DNA from: Pseudogymnoascus verrucosus | Lineage: Eukaryota | Assembly (NCBI GenBank): GCA_001662655.1 | Contig: KV460246.1 | Reading direction: 5' to 3' (one strand) | DNA length: 64,000 nt | Shown: piece by piece, positions 45,884 to 59,003 of the stretch | Position numbering within the stretch: position 1 is the stretch's first letter | Layout: every line of letters begins with the position of its first letter | Notes under the pieces: generated by a model | What the model saw: the letters and a program-made list of their open reading frames with translations, nothing else | Told to the model about the DNA's origin: nothing | The model's database searches: none | Made by a program: the position numbers and the translations under genes

Positions 45884-47868
45884 TCAAGACTCATCCATCT
45901 CATTCATCTCATCCTCCAGCTTAACTTTGCAACCCCCACAGACAATCATGCCGCACTCACAATCGTACGCCAAGTCGGTCTCCTTCTCACCCGCTTCAGA
46001 AAACCGCATATTGTCTCCTTCAACGACCTTCGCGCACTTCAAACAGAAAGCGCTGCACTCGCAACGGTACTTGCTTGTTTTTTCGTCTAGCATCGTATTT
46101 TGTGGACAGCCGTAGCAGAGTATGTGCTTGCCTACACACATCCAGGCCGGTTTGCCATACAAAGTTGTTGGCACGGAGCCTGGCTTGGTGGATAAACCGG
46201 TCGGGGGTGTTAGGTATTCAACGTTATAACCCAAGTTCCCCGTGTTGGTTGGCGGCAAGTGCGGTGATAGCACCTTCCAGCAGACCTGGCAGTCTAGGGA
46301 GCTGTCATTATGATTTTCAGGGCTCAGAATCCTTCCATTTGAAAGGAAGCCATTGAATTTGTAAATTGGCTTGAAGCTGTGATCGCAGCTCCAAGTATCG
46401 ACGGTTGGATTGTATGGCTCAGCCCCGAGGTCTAATTCTGTGCCATCTAGAGCCATGTGAGCATCGATGTCTTCTGAATCCAAGTCATCTTCCGACATAT
46501 CGTCGTCGTCGTCGTCAAAATCGTCGTCTTCGCATTGTCCGTCGCACTTCTTGATGGGCTCGAGGCAGGCGAAACAGAAGTGTGCCCCACAGCGGCATTC
46601 AATGTGAGCGCAGCCGAACATTCTCCTCACGCCAGCGCGGCATTTGGGACAGCGCTTGATCTTCCATTTATCCAGTTGAGCGGCGAGAAGTGGGTCGAGG
46701 TCGGTTTGGGGGCATGGAGCGTCGGGATGCTGGAGTAGACGACAACGTATGCAGATTGAGGCAGTGCATTTTGGGCACGTGGTGGTAGAAAGTGCGGTTG
46801 AGATGGGCGAGATAGAGGCTGTACATTTAACTTCGACATCCTTCTTGGTGAAATATTGCTCGTGGAAGAAAGACAGTGATGGAGTTTGGTCGCCTCCAAA
46901 GATGAGGTTCTCATTCTCCGATTGTGGAGTCAAATATTCCAACGAAGTTTGCTCTGTTTGATTTTGCCGAGATGCTTCCTTTATTAACCTGGGCGGAATG
47001 AACGTGGAGCATGTTGGAACGGGACAATAAAAGCGGTCTGGAGTTCGCCATTCTTCGAACTTTGCTTTGTAGAGATCGACCTATCACGAGTTAGTGAGGA
47101 GCTGCAAACAGACGAGCCAAAACGGCGTACCTGATCCTTGGACAATAACTGAGAAACATCTGAAAGAGGCACTGTACAACAGCAGCGTGGAGGCATCTTT
47201 GATTCATTTTTGCAAGCGTCGATGAACCAGTCTTTTAGACATGTGATGCAAATAACCTGCCCACAGAACCTCTCACAGCTGTATGAAAAGTTTGTCCCCA
47301 CTGATCCCTGCCCTGAGAACTGGTCAAGGCAGATACTGCAGACTTTGGTTATAGTGGTAGTCTTCTTGCCCGCATTCATCATGGCCCTTAGATCTGTCTC
47401 TCTTTGATGATGTGGTATCTGATCAAGCCCTTGTCGCCGAGTATCAAGGTTGTGGAAGTGCTCAAATCTGTAAAAGGTTTCGGCTAGGTCTATAAGTTAG
47501 AAATCGAGTCAGGCGGATTGTAGGATCAACATGGACATGTTGGACTTACAACCTCTTGCTTCCCAAGGATCCTGATATTGTTGGTTGGCCTGAGGAAAGG
47601 ATGTCCTGGGTGAGTGCTGGATTCCTGGTGTAAGTGGCTGGTTTGGCAAAAGAGAAATATTTTGTCCGAGGAAGTTAAAGCCTTCACCTGGACCCCGGAT
47701 GTGTGTATCGGAAGTCTGACGCCCAAGTTGGGGACCGCTGTTCATTTCAAGTGGTGACCTCGCTACAAATGTCGACTGGCTTGAAGTATTCCAGAGTTCG
47801 TCGACCTCAAGCATTCGGCGGGGCTGCATATCGCCGTCAGACCGCTCGACAGAAGATGTACATCCCAT
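45884..47868 (-). CDS. RBR (RING-IBR-RING) E3 ubiquitin ligase-like protein, 3 exons
   Basis: RING1 CSICLD...CITCL...PPRCC; IBR FYCPVPTC...CPKC...CIRC...H; RING2 KRCPKC...GCAHIECRCGAHFCFAC; introns 47549-47484 and about 47150-47082. Confidence 0.85.
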
Positions 47869-48761
47869 ATTAGGCGTACCGTACGATTCAATATGGGTTA
47901 TACCTTAAGATTGTCATATCATGACAGTTTCCGTCTAAGAAAGGTTGTGGTTATAAGAGAAGTTGAGAAGAGTGTGAGAGTCTTAGATTGGCGCGCCGAA
48001 GATGATAGGTAGGTTCTTTCCACAACTTAGTTTCCTTGTAGTTATGTTGCCTTTGAAGGTTCGTAGAGGGAGTCAGAAAAAGAGAAGAAAGAGAGAAGAC
48101 CGATAACTGGAAACTAAGACAGTTAATTGCCATATAGGGTACCTACAGGTATACGTTTGTTGTACGACGACAACACCCCGGATGACGTTTTGAGTGGTTG
48201 GTAAATAAGACCCGACAACCACCCAACAATTACCCAAGGGCGAAATAATTACCTCGGGCATAAATATCTAACGGCAAGTTTTGTCACTTTAGCGTTCCCA
48301 GGGATTTGTTCTAGAAATGTGAAATATGAGTAGGTGATGGATTGAGCTGGCTTCCTTGCATAACCGCCAAGTGTTCCATAGCAAACAATCTATCTATTTC
48401 TATATATAGTGCCTGTATGTGATCTTACTGGTCGCTCTGTTTGACATCATCCTTCCCTACCACGTTTTTCTTCCCAGGTTATTTGTCTTGCACACAATAC
48501 AGACCTCATGGAAAATCGTAGGAGACAAACTACCTGTATGGACATCGTTTCCCATCACTAGTCCTCGTTTCCCATGGAGTCAGTGGCTATGAGGAACAGA
48601 TTCGCCCACTCCAGGAGTTCCGAAACCATCTATTACAGAATGCAACGCCTTACTCAAAAATAAATTCGCATACCCAAGTTGATGAAAATGCCAAATGACG
48701 AAATGCTGAAGAGATCATCCCTCGGAAACACAAATCAAATTGCTGCCGATAAGACCATCCC

Positions 48762-50924
48762 TTACTCCTCGTACTTCGCAACGTGAGTCTCAATAGCCCT
48801 AGGAAACAAATTAGTAGGTATCCCAGTTAAACATTGTTGGAACACTAACCTTCCGCTGGGGTCGGTCTGCTTTGACCATGTTGGTGTCCAGCGCATGACA
48901 GTCTCAGCACAGGATGGGGGGAAGTGCTCGTCAAACATCATTCTGTACCAGTAACCCTCCTTGGAGTCTGGGATATCAGCGCCCCATTCTGGCTTGGGGT
49001 TCTTCATCATCTCATCGGTGACGTGTAGCTCCGCGTTATCCTTGAGGGCATCAATCCACCCGTAGCCAACACCATCAGAGAACTGCTCCTTTTGCCTGTA
49101 GAGGATCTTGTCTGGCAGGTATGGGTCCTCGGGGGTATCAAACGCCTTTCTGAGGATATACTTCTCAATGCGATCTCCGGTAATCATCTTCTCCTTAGGA
49201 TCAATGTTCATCGAAACCTCGAGGAACTCCTTATCCAAAAATGGGACACGGGCCTCCAATCCCCAGGCAGAGGTAGACTTGTTGGCTCTCAGGCAATCCG
49301 ACAGGTGGAGGTTCTTAACACGGCGAACAGTCTCGGCCTGGAAAGACTCCTTATCGGGAGCAGCGTGGAAGTAGAGGTATCCTCCGAAGATTTCGTCACT
49401 GCCCTCACCACTGAGGACCATCTTAACTCCCATTGCCTTGATCTTCCTTGCGAGCAAGAACATGGGCGTAGAGGCACGGATAGTGGTAACATCGTATGAC
49501 TCGAGGTGGTAAATGACATCGGACAGAGCATTGAGACCATCCTCAATTGTGAAGGTCATATCGTGATGCTTTGTTCCCAAGAACTTTGCAACCTCCTTGG
49601 CCGCAATCGTATCTGGCGACCCTGGAAGACCGATAGAGAAGGAGTTGAGCTGGGGGAGGTATGTAAGAGTGTTAAGGTTGTTATCGTCGTCAATACCAAC
49701 AAGGCCCTCTCCGTGGTCCTCATCGACATTCTCCTTTGGCGAGGCTTCAATGGCCTCCTGAACCTGCTTCTTCAGGCGCAGAGTCTCACGCTGGGCAATG
49801 GCTGCAACCAAACTGGAATCAAGGCCACCAGACAGCAGAACACCGTATGGCACCTCAGCCATGAGACGCTTGCGGACGGACTTCTCAAAAGTCTCGCGAA
49901 GGTGCTTGAGGTCCAATGCATCGGTAGGAACTCTCTTCTCGTCATACCAAGTTGGTTCGAAGTAGCGAGTCGTCTTGCCAGTCTTCGAGTCAAAGATGTG
50001 TCCAGGTGGGAATGAGATGATTTTGTCGCATACGGGGTGCAGGCATTTCAGCTCTGACGCAAAGTATACCGCTCCTGGTGTCTCGCTGGACCATCCCTGG
50101 TAAAAGCTGGTAATGCCGATGGGGTCGCGTGCAGCAATAATTCGGTCCTCCTTCTTGTCGAACAGAACAAAAGAGAACATGCCGTCGAGGTACTTCGGCG
50201 CATCGATACCATGTTCAAGATACTAGCAGGAATTTAGCTTGGTTTCGCCACAGAAAGGGTCCGGTTAACCAACCAAAGGAATGATAACTTCGCAATCGGA
50301 GTGCGTCTTGAAGTGGTATGGGGTCTTAAGGGTCTTGCGAACGACCCTGTGGTTGTAAATCTCTCCATTGACGGCCAGGGCAATGCTGTCGTCCTCGTTG
50401 GTAAGAGGCTGCGCTCCACTCTCTGTAGAATGTAAGCTTTCAGTGTTGGTGGAGTTCGAATTCGTGTTTCTTACCAACACCGACGATGCTTAGGCGCTCG
50501 TGAGCAAGAACTTGGAACAGTTAGCGATCTGCAAATATAATCCAACATCTCTTAGACTTACTGGTGTTTCCGCCAACGTAGTTTCCGCCTTGCATGTTAT
50601 GTTAATTGTTGATCTGTTGCTATCGAATGTTGTGGTGACTCACTCCAATCTGGTCCACGGTGACGGATCCTGCGAAATGTTAACATGCCATTGCCTTCCA
50701 AAGAGTTTATAATAAATCACTTACTGCTTTGCCATCCGCAGCGCGGTAGGCTTGAATTTGGCAACATCAGGATGTCTGTTTGGGGAGTCAGTGGCCAACC
50801 AAAGGTAAAATCTGTCCGCAACTTCACAAAATGAGGGGTGGAAATTGCCCCGCCATTGTTTGTGTGACAAGGGAAAATGTATATTTTGAATGACTTACTG
50901 GTGGCAAGCGAAAATTCCACACAT
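48762..50924 (-). CDS. ASN1: Glutamine-dependent asparagine synthetase, about 8 exons
   Basis: [57 protein letters not shown] and QTDPSGRA; several short 5' exons. Confidence 0.96.
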
Positions 50925-51839
50925 CTTTAAAGAATTGTCTCTTGTTTTCCGTGAGGTTATGAAGAGATAGAACCGAGGTAGGACACGAAGCAAGAATTTC
51001 AAGAATACCAAGGGTTAAAGATGGGGTATAGATAAGTCTATAAATTTTTAGGGACAGTCACACTCGCCAACGGGAGGCGGCCGACAATCGGCGGTTGGCT
51101 GTGCCGTTGTTCACGTGTGGGGGTAGTCGGAAGTAGTCGAGTTAGAGATCTGCGCGTCATTCGCTCAATGATTTTTCCGGTCTTGGCTCTTGTCAGCGGT
51201 AATATTCGAGTGCCAACTGGACGATCATCTTACCAGGTTACTCTACTCCATACAATAGCATTATAATACTCGAGTATGCTTGTCTATTAATATGATTTGA
51301 TTATATTGCACTTCTTCATGAAAAACTTTAATATGATTTCTTATGGCGAATAGCTCCAAACCATCTCAGTCCGTCAACAAGTACAGTCACAGCATTGACA
51401 GAGAGAGAAACCAATATGTATGTCTGGCTCCAAGAGTCACAAAATGCGACGACAGTGAACCAATAAATTACCTATCAACTTGACTAGATAACACCCGGTT
51501 TCACTGACTATGCACCATATGCTATCTCCCAAACCGGCTGCAGCAACGAAGACGCCCCGTCACAAATCTGTCGAATGAGACAACCGTTTCCCGAGATGCC
51601 ACGCATAACAATCGCTGGTGCTGCTCTTCATGCCAAACCACAAAGATAAGGACTCGTGAATCATCATGCTTGAAATGCTGCCATTTTCCTCTCCCACGAC
51701 GATGCGACATTCTGCCCAGCGCCTAAACTAGCAATCCAGCCTTATTCGCAAATCCGTAAACGCCCATGGAATCCCTTCGGTAAACTGCCAGCCCTAACAC
51801 CCAAACCCAATCTTTACATCGTGTCTTGAAGTTGTGAAT

Positions 51840-52467
51840 CTACGGCGCAGGGTTCTCCCGAACAATCCTCTTGACCTTTGCCTCGTAAGCCGCCTTATCC
51901 TTCTTGAACAGGTTGTATGCATCCGCTTGAGCTGGCGACTCGGGGTTGGGATCGTCGAGGAGATCTTGGACGCCTAAGAGGATCTGCTTGATTGTGATGG
52001 CTGGCTTCCACCCTTCCTCTTCATTCAAGATCGACAGGCACACGGTCCCCGAGGGGTACACATTTGGGTGAAAGAGCGGAGGAGTGAATTTGCCTGGTCT
52101 TGTTAGCTCAGCACTTTCGCATGGGAAGTGCGCGTATCTTACACTTCGGTGGCTTCGTTGGGTATTCTGCGCAAAGGTCAGTATAGTTATTGATAAGAGG
52201 ATATTCGAGAGAGCTCACCATCCGGGAATATAACGCTCATTTTGAATAGACCACCTTCCCACAGAGTCTTGTCTTTTCCAGGAATACCGCACTCCCAGTT
52301 CTTCAGGTCGAGTAAGCCTTGCGAATTGCGCTGGGGCTTTGCGTAGAAACCGAATGGATGGTCACGTCGCCACTGCTTTCTGAAGACAAATATTAGTTTT
52401 AATAGTGAATAGTATTGCTCTAAAGCACATACCTCTCCTCCTGGAGACGATTCTGACACAAAGCCAT
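51840..52467 (-). CDS. UBC9: SUMO-conjugating enzyme Ubc9, 4 exons
   Basis: [43 protein letters not shown] and PNPESPAQ. Confidence 0.96.
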
Positions 52468-52975
52468 CTTGAAGGCTGAAGTTCACCTGAACAGAAGTTC
52501 CCGTTCTTAGGATTTCACCAAGCTTGCTTTGAAATGGGGCCTGCGCCTTGTAATCTGGTCGTGGAGGTCGCCAAAAGGGTATGGCCCTTCTGTAGTGCAG
52601 GTTGTTGCGTCAAGAGGTGTTAAATATGGCAGAGAAGTTGTGGCGAGAGTCTTGCGATTTGGAGATGTGAAGTGACAACGGGAAGTCGGCGGAAATTGGT
52701 CGCAGCCCCACGAAAGTTAAATCGGGTACGTGCAGCCTTGGTGTTAGCCCCGCGCATCAACAGCCGCGGCCTCTAATTTCAGATTCTAGAAACTACTTCA
52801 TGTGTAGATCCCCATAAACTGTTTGCCTCTCATTATCTCATTTACAGTTCACATTAACGATCGCGCAGGCCAAGGCCAGCAACAATATCCTCTCCGACGA
52901 ATTCATTCCTATCGAACCCCGCTCTCACGAGCCAGGCATCTAAATAAACCGACATTTCACAGGCCCGCTCTGAAC

Positions 52976-54178
52976 ATGGCGACAAAAGCGGGGGATATTG
53001 ACGGCGACGTCAAGGCAACTCCAGATACCATGGAAACCGTAGTTAAAGACACGACTTTGGAAACCACGCAAGATGCAAAAGAAGTTACCCCGCCAAAGGC
53101 TGTTGAGCCCGAATCTTTTGAGGATGCGCCAGATCCAGAGGAAGACGACCTGGACGACCTAGACGGTACCTACTCTGCAAGGCAAAGGCGATTTGATTTC
53201 CTGTAACTAATATGTTTATTCTAGACATGCTCGATGAATTTTCCCCAACTAAGACCGAGTCCAAAGCTGCAACCACCGAGGCCCCCAAACTAGAGAAATC
53301 CACAGCCGAAGGCGCCTCCGATGAGATGGCCGATCTTAATGGCATGTCGGAGGAAGACTTTGCAAAGCATTTACAAGCCGACATGGCCAATCTTTTGGGT
53401 GGCATGAATTCGAACGTAAGGACCAGTATATTATCGACAATGGCTTTCGCTAACTAGTACCAGCCAGAACTCGCAGCCCAGTTCGAGGAGATGATGAGCA
53501 AGATTGCTGCAGAAGGTGGAGAAGGACTTGGTGACTTCGGGGCTGGCATCATCCCCGAAGCTGCTGGGGCTTCGCAACAGTCTGCGAAATCTGCAGCACC
53601 CTCAGCGGCGGAAGAATCTTTCCAAGACACTATTAAGAAGACTATGGAGAAAATCCAAGCCTCGGGGGAGCAGGCTACGGCGGCGGCTAAGGAAGATGAT
53701 ACCGATGACATCCTGGCCGAGTTGATGAAGCAGATGCAATCTAGCGGCCTCGACGGCGAGGGTGGCGAGGAGGACTTCTCAAAGATGCTACTTGGAATGA
53801 TGGAGCAATTGACAAACAAGGATATCCTCTACGAACCCATGAAGGAACTGCACGACAAGTACCCTGCCTGGATGGAGAAGAACAAGGCAACCACTAGCAA
53901 GGAAGACCTCAAGCGTTTCGAAGAGCAGCAGAAGGTTGTTGCGGAAATAGTTAAGAAGTTCGAGGAGCCGACATACACAGACGCAAGCCCGACCGACAGG
54001 GAATATATTGTGGAAAGGATGCAGTCGGTAAGTGGAGGCAAGATTTCGGCTTTAACAACTTACTGACAAGCTATAGATGCAAGCCGCTGGCTCGCCCCCG
54101 GCGGATCTAGTAGGAGATATGGCTTCGGCACAGGAAGCATTTGGTGCACCACCAGACGAAGGGTGCCCTCAACAATGA
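52976..54178 (+). CDS. PEX19: Peroxin Pex19, 4 exons
   Basis: DDLDDLDDMLDEF, MMEQLTNKDILYEPMKEL, MQAAGSPPADL and C-terminal CaaX CPQQ*. Confidence 0.93.
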
Positions 54179-54383
54179 TATATATAAGAGAACCATTCAG
54201 TCACATAATAGTATAGCCTTGATTATCATCCTGTAGTAGTACTCGAAATTACAGAAACGCGAATATACTCCCCAGTGGATATCCTGTCGCGTCTGTCCCA
54301 AACCCAAATACATGCTATGCCCTGAACGCCAATTACAGATATGCTTCACTCTTCCGATGTATAAGCTGGACACACGTGCTGCT

Positions 54384-55188
54384 CTAGCTCATGTCCATCA
54401 TATCCTGGTCTGCTTCTCGCCCACTTTGTACGGGAGTTGACGACAGGTTCCCACCTGATTCATCAAAGCCTATCTCCATGAACAACTGGTCGTACTCGTC
54501 ATCATCGCTACCGTATGGTGTATTGTTGTCATCGTGCTGGTTCCTTTGATTCGGCGGTGGATCCCATGACTCGGCGTCAAGCATCGATAACATAGCCTCC
54601 ATCTCGGCGTCTTCCTGCTGTGCAACCTCGTCCACCATTTCTTCATCTTGACTGGGATTGATTTTTCCAATCTCTGTCGATTGGGCCTCGTCTAAGTCTT
54701 CCTCCTCTTCAAGGCCTGCCCAGGCTTGAGCATCTCTCGCACGCCTTTCCTCTCGACGTTTCTGCTCCGCAATCCAGATAGTTCGCATAATCTACAATAA
54801 CACCATTAGTATTCCAATTTGCCAAACAAATATCCTCCTAGAATATCCGTACCTCGTCATCGCCACCCCTCTTCTCCCATCTCTTATCCTCACTGTCCTG
54901 CCTCACGCGTCGTAGGAACAACTTCCGTCGTGTTTCCCGCCCATTGTCATTGTCGTTCCTGTGGATCAAGGGGTTTTTCTTTGTCTGTCTCGCAGAATAT
55001 GCACTCTCGTTACTTCGCTCTGTCTGGTTCGTCTGCGGCGGCGTCAGGCTTGCCATGTCGAAGCTGAAGATGTCATCGCGATTGGGTGATGCGCGTAAAG
55101 GCGAGGATGAAAGCGGTGATGGTGTCACTGGCGCATAGTGTGACGATTGGAATGCGTGATGCGAAGAAGGAGGGAGTGTGGAGAACAT
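54384..55188 (-). CDS. Uncharacterised acidic protein, 2 exons
   Basis: Exon 1 TPSPLSSSP...RETRRKLFLRRVRQDSEDKRWEKRGGDDE spliced (intron about 54852-54792) to IMRTIW...YGSDDDEYDQLFME. Confidence 0.75.
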
Positions 55189-56011
55189 TTTGGGTGTGAT
55201 ATGTTTTTGGTGATGGATGTGATGGGAAGGTTGATAACGCGGTCATGATTGTACCATACGTAGACGCGTTCCCGCGTAAAGTGTGGGGAACCACTAAACT
55301 GGTCACGTGATATTTGTTGCCAGCCACAAAACTGCCTGAAGCAAGTATTACTTGCTTTAACTTCCAGCCAAGTTCTGGACTCATACGTTGGCGATTTTAG
55401 ACTCCAGATATAACTAGAAGAAGAGAAATAGAACCAGCTCGGAGTAAGAAGGATTGTTGAAGCATAATCCAGTGCTGTAAAAGCTGGTGTCGACTGGGGT
55501 TCAAAAATATTCATGAATGTGCAAGACATGGCTCTCCCAAGCTCACTGACGTATTACGGATGCTTCGGGGTTACTGAGTTCTGACAAGTTTTGGAAACAA
55601 TTGCATTGAGTAGTCAGAGTTTGTTCGATTTCTTTTAGTCTGCCATTCCCACCACAGAGGAGTGAGGAAGCAAACCTTGAGACATTCCATCCGACTCCAA
55701 TCAAGCCTCAGCACCAGTTCTTTCATCTTGTCCCAAGCCGTAGAATCTGGAGCACAGTCCAAAACAGGTCATTTACAAGTCGAAGTCGTGCCAGGAGTTA
55801 TAGCTGCGCCCTATAAATTTCCATCGCTTTCGAATCGGCAGGCCGAAGTATTCACAGTGCATTCAGGAAAATCACTTGTGGAACTTGGAACCGATATGTC
55901 ATGTAAGCGTTCTCATTCTATAGAGGCCGCCCGTCCAGCCAGATATTGCACCGTGGGACAAAAAACCGTGGCCATGCAAGGTAAGTACAGACAGAGACTC
56001 CCGGAAACCGC

Positions 56012-56533
56012 TTAGTCGAAAAGACCGAAGCCCATATCGTCGTCGGACTCCTCCTTCTCTGTAAATTCATTAGCTCAGTTCGTAAATGAGTGGTAACTTG
56101 GGATCTCGTACCCTCCTCCTTCTCCTCAACTGGGGCATCCTCAGATGCAGCAGCGGCACCACCAGCGGCAGCACCGCCGGCAGCGGGTGCGCCGCCGCCC
56201 GAACCGACGTTCAGGAGCAGGTCCTTAACATCCTTTCCCTCAAGGGCCTAATCGGTCATGTCAGTTCATATTGCTCCTCCTCATACGTATAGATTGTGGT
56301 GTGCGCACCTTGGCGAACAGAGAGGTCCAGATAGGCTCGACATCGGCAACCTTGGCGGCGGCGATCAGAGTTTGAAGCTTCTCGGCCTTTAGAATCTGTT
56401 AGTTGTTGTCCTTTTCCCATTTTGCGCTTCATTTCGCGTCCAAGCAGGGTCGGTGGGATCATACAGTGATATCGACACCATCATCGGCGAGGATCAAAGC
56501 GGCGTAGGAGGTTGCGAGCTCGGCGTTCGACAT
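56012..56533 (-). CDS. RPP1: 60S acidic ribosomal protein P1, 4 coding exons plus a 5'UTR intron
   Basis: [31 protein letters not shown]...[22 protein letters not shown]...[13 protein letters not shown]; not captured by the ORF track. Confidence 0.95.
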
Positions 56534-56966
56534 TGTGAAGATCTGCGACTGCTGTAATTAGAATATATCTCAAGAGATGAAACCGAATAAGTCGTGGCAC
56601 TCACTGACAGAATGTTATTTTGTCGATGTACTGATGCGAGTGACAGGTTTATCTTTACTGCGCGTTTCGCTTCAAGATCTGAAATCTGTGCGGCGAATGC
56701 CCTAATCGCAGATCCACATCTACAGAGTGGTTATGATTGGCTACAAAGCCGAGCGCTTGGACCATTGTGCGCTTGGCCGATTTCGATATAGCGCGATATT
56801 TGACTATTCCCCGCTCACCCCCACCCCTCCAGTGATCAGGAAGTGTCACTCTGGACATGCTGCAACACTGAGTCGACATTAGCTCGACAATTAATCTGAT
56901 TTACAAATCCCATCTTCACATACCGATACTACTCCTGCATCCCACGGCCATCCATGCACCATCACC

Positions 56967-58399
56967 ATGGCCGACACTCCGGTAATGAACATACCGACGG
57001 ACCCAAGGGAACAGCCGATTCTCGATGAATTAATGTTGATACGAGCTGATTTGGACCTATTGAAGAGGGACAGAACTACATATATCAAGTCTTCGACAGT
57101 TGTGCCTCTATATGATAAGATAGTGGAGCAAGTACAAAAACTGAATGCCGTCCGAGAAGACCGGCCTCATGAGCAGAACAGAGGTACTTGGCATTGCATT
57201 CCGTCATAAGTGCCCAAAGGCAGTACTGACTGTATTTCTTAGTTGACCGTGTACTCGATGGCTGTTTCCAACTATTATCCTTATTTTTTATGACTATTGG
57301 GAAGAACAACGAGGCGCCGGCAGCATACGCCTTGACATCCACCATCAAGAGGCTACTTGATCACCTCACAGAAACCAAACTCTACTCCGCAAAAGACCTC
57401 GACCATGTTTCGCAGACTCTGGAATCACTCGATAATATAATCCAGAATTCCGAGGGCGTCCATTCTGATCGCTTAGTTACTTTACTTGCAAACCGAACGT
57501 CACTCTGTCGAGAAGCATGTAGCAGCCTTCAAGAGAGGCTCAAGCGCCTTGATCCCGGTTTGGCTGAGATACACCAAAAATGTATTTCCATCCTTCGGTG
57601 CATCTCGCTCGCCAACACAAAATCTAAGTTCTCGAACTCGGAAGTAAAGAAGTTTAAGGAACAGTTGGAAGAGATTAAGGCACAACAGGTTGATGGACAT
57701 TTCGTGATTACACCAAACGAGATCCCGGCAGGAGACGCTGAGGTCAATGAACTCCTCACGCGGATTTTAGAATGGGCGGACGTGGTTATGGAACACAAGG
57801 GCGTGATGCCCGAGAACTTCAAGCCAATCTACGACATTTTAGTCAATATCCGTAACGAACTGGAGAAGCTCTCTCTGACCCAAGCATGGTCATTGCGAGA
57901 AACCGATCTCTACGACTACCAACGCCAACTAGATCGGATTGACGAGGCACGGGTCAATGGAAATTTCCTTGATAGTGAAGGCAATCCAGCAGAATTATAT
58001 GTGCAGCGAACATTACTGTACCTGATCCGCAGGAGCTATGGTTACATATATTACCTAATGGTGTCTTCGGAGCCGGTCTCAGAAGCTCTCCAACCTATAT
58101 ACAATCAACTGCAAACCCTTAGGCGATGTCTAGTTGAGGTTAAGGAAATGGGAGGTGTGAGCTCGCCCCGAGAGCTGTATCCCTACAGTATGAAGGTAAA
58201 CCGACACACTTCGGCTTCTTATCGATCATCTGCTGACTGTATCTAGTTAAACTCCATCGATAACATGAAGGTTGATGGCAAGTTCACGATCAACGGAGAT
58301 ATCCCAGAGGGCCAAGCCAGCGTCAACGAACTTCTGGCTGAGTGCTTTGATATTGCGTATGAATTGCGGATTGCTGCAGAGTCTGAGGAAAGCGGATGA
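56967..58399 (+). CDS. Conserved fungal protein of the DUF2408/YPL260W (Cub1)-like family, 3 exons
   Basis: LKRDRTTYIKS, FFMTIGKNNEAPAAYA, LTQAWSLRETDLYDYQ, RELYPYSMKLNSID and IPEGQA; introns about 57184-57242 and 58196-58245. Confidence 0.8.
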
Positions 58400-59003
58400 G
58401 ATGTGACACCCTGGGGGTACGATTTTTTTTTTCTCTTGGTTTTAAAGGCTATTTAGATGGATAGGAATTGTATCAAATGGTCGGTGGAGGTTTTGGAAGC
58501 AAGCCTATATATGTATTGCCAAGCATACTCGATAGTTGCGACCCTGTAATTCTCAAATTCACATACTTTGTTCTTAAAATGCACGTGTAATTGGCTCTAG
58601 GCCCTCCTATTCGACGATAATTCCCTTGTACCCGTGTAATATTTGCAAATGCTGCCTTTTGAACGTTGCGACGCCTCTATAATTGTTTTTTCTTCCCATA
58701 AATGAGATTCGTTCATCGTTGTGCTGTAATGGTTCATGGGTTGGGGTGGTCCATGCAGGGTCAGCCTGAGGTTGGTTCCCTCAATAGCAACAACTAGCGA
58801 GTGCTAGCAACGGACGACTGTCGAGCTTGAATGACTTTACACTTCAACCTAACAAAAACCCTCCCACCAACACTGTTCGTCTTCCATCTACGACACTTCA
58901 CAGTTCTTCTGTGTCTTACGCCTTCGGCCCCTACGTGTTACATAGTCGGGGTCTCTGGTATTTCCTCCAAGCTTCTGGAATAGTTACGATCGGTGCAGCG
59001 ATC

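Noticed and set aside
46943..47100. Apparent frameshift or pseudogene between the RBR ORF fragments
   Set aside because: Canonical introns (47549-47484 and about 47150-47082) restore one continuous frame
55975..55990. TACTTACCT on the minus strand resembling the U1 snRNA 5' end
   Set aside because: It lies about 25 nt into the RPP1 3'UTR with no U1 stem-loops or Sm site; a short chance match
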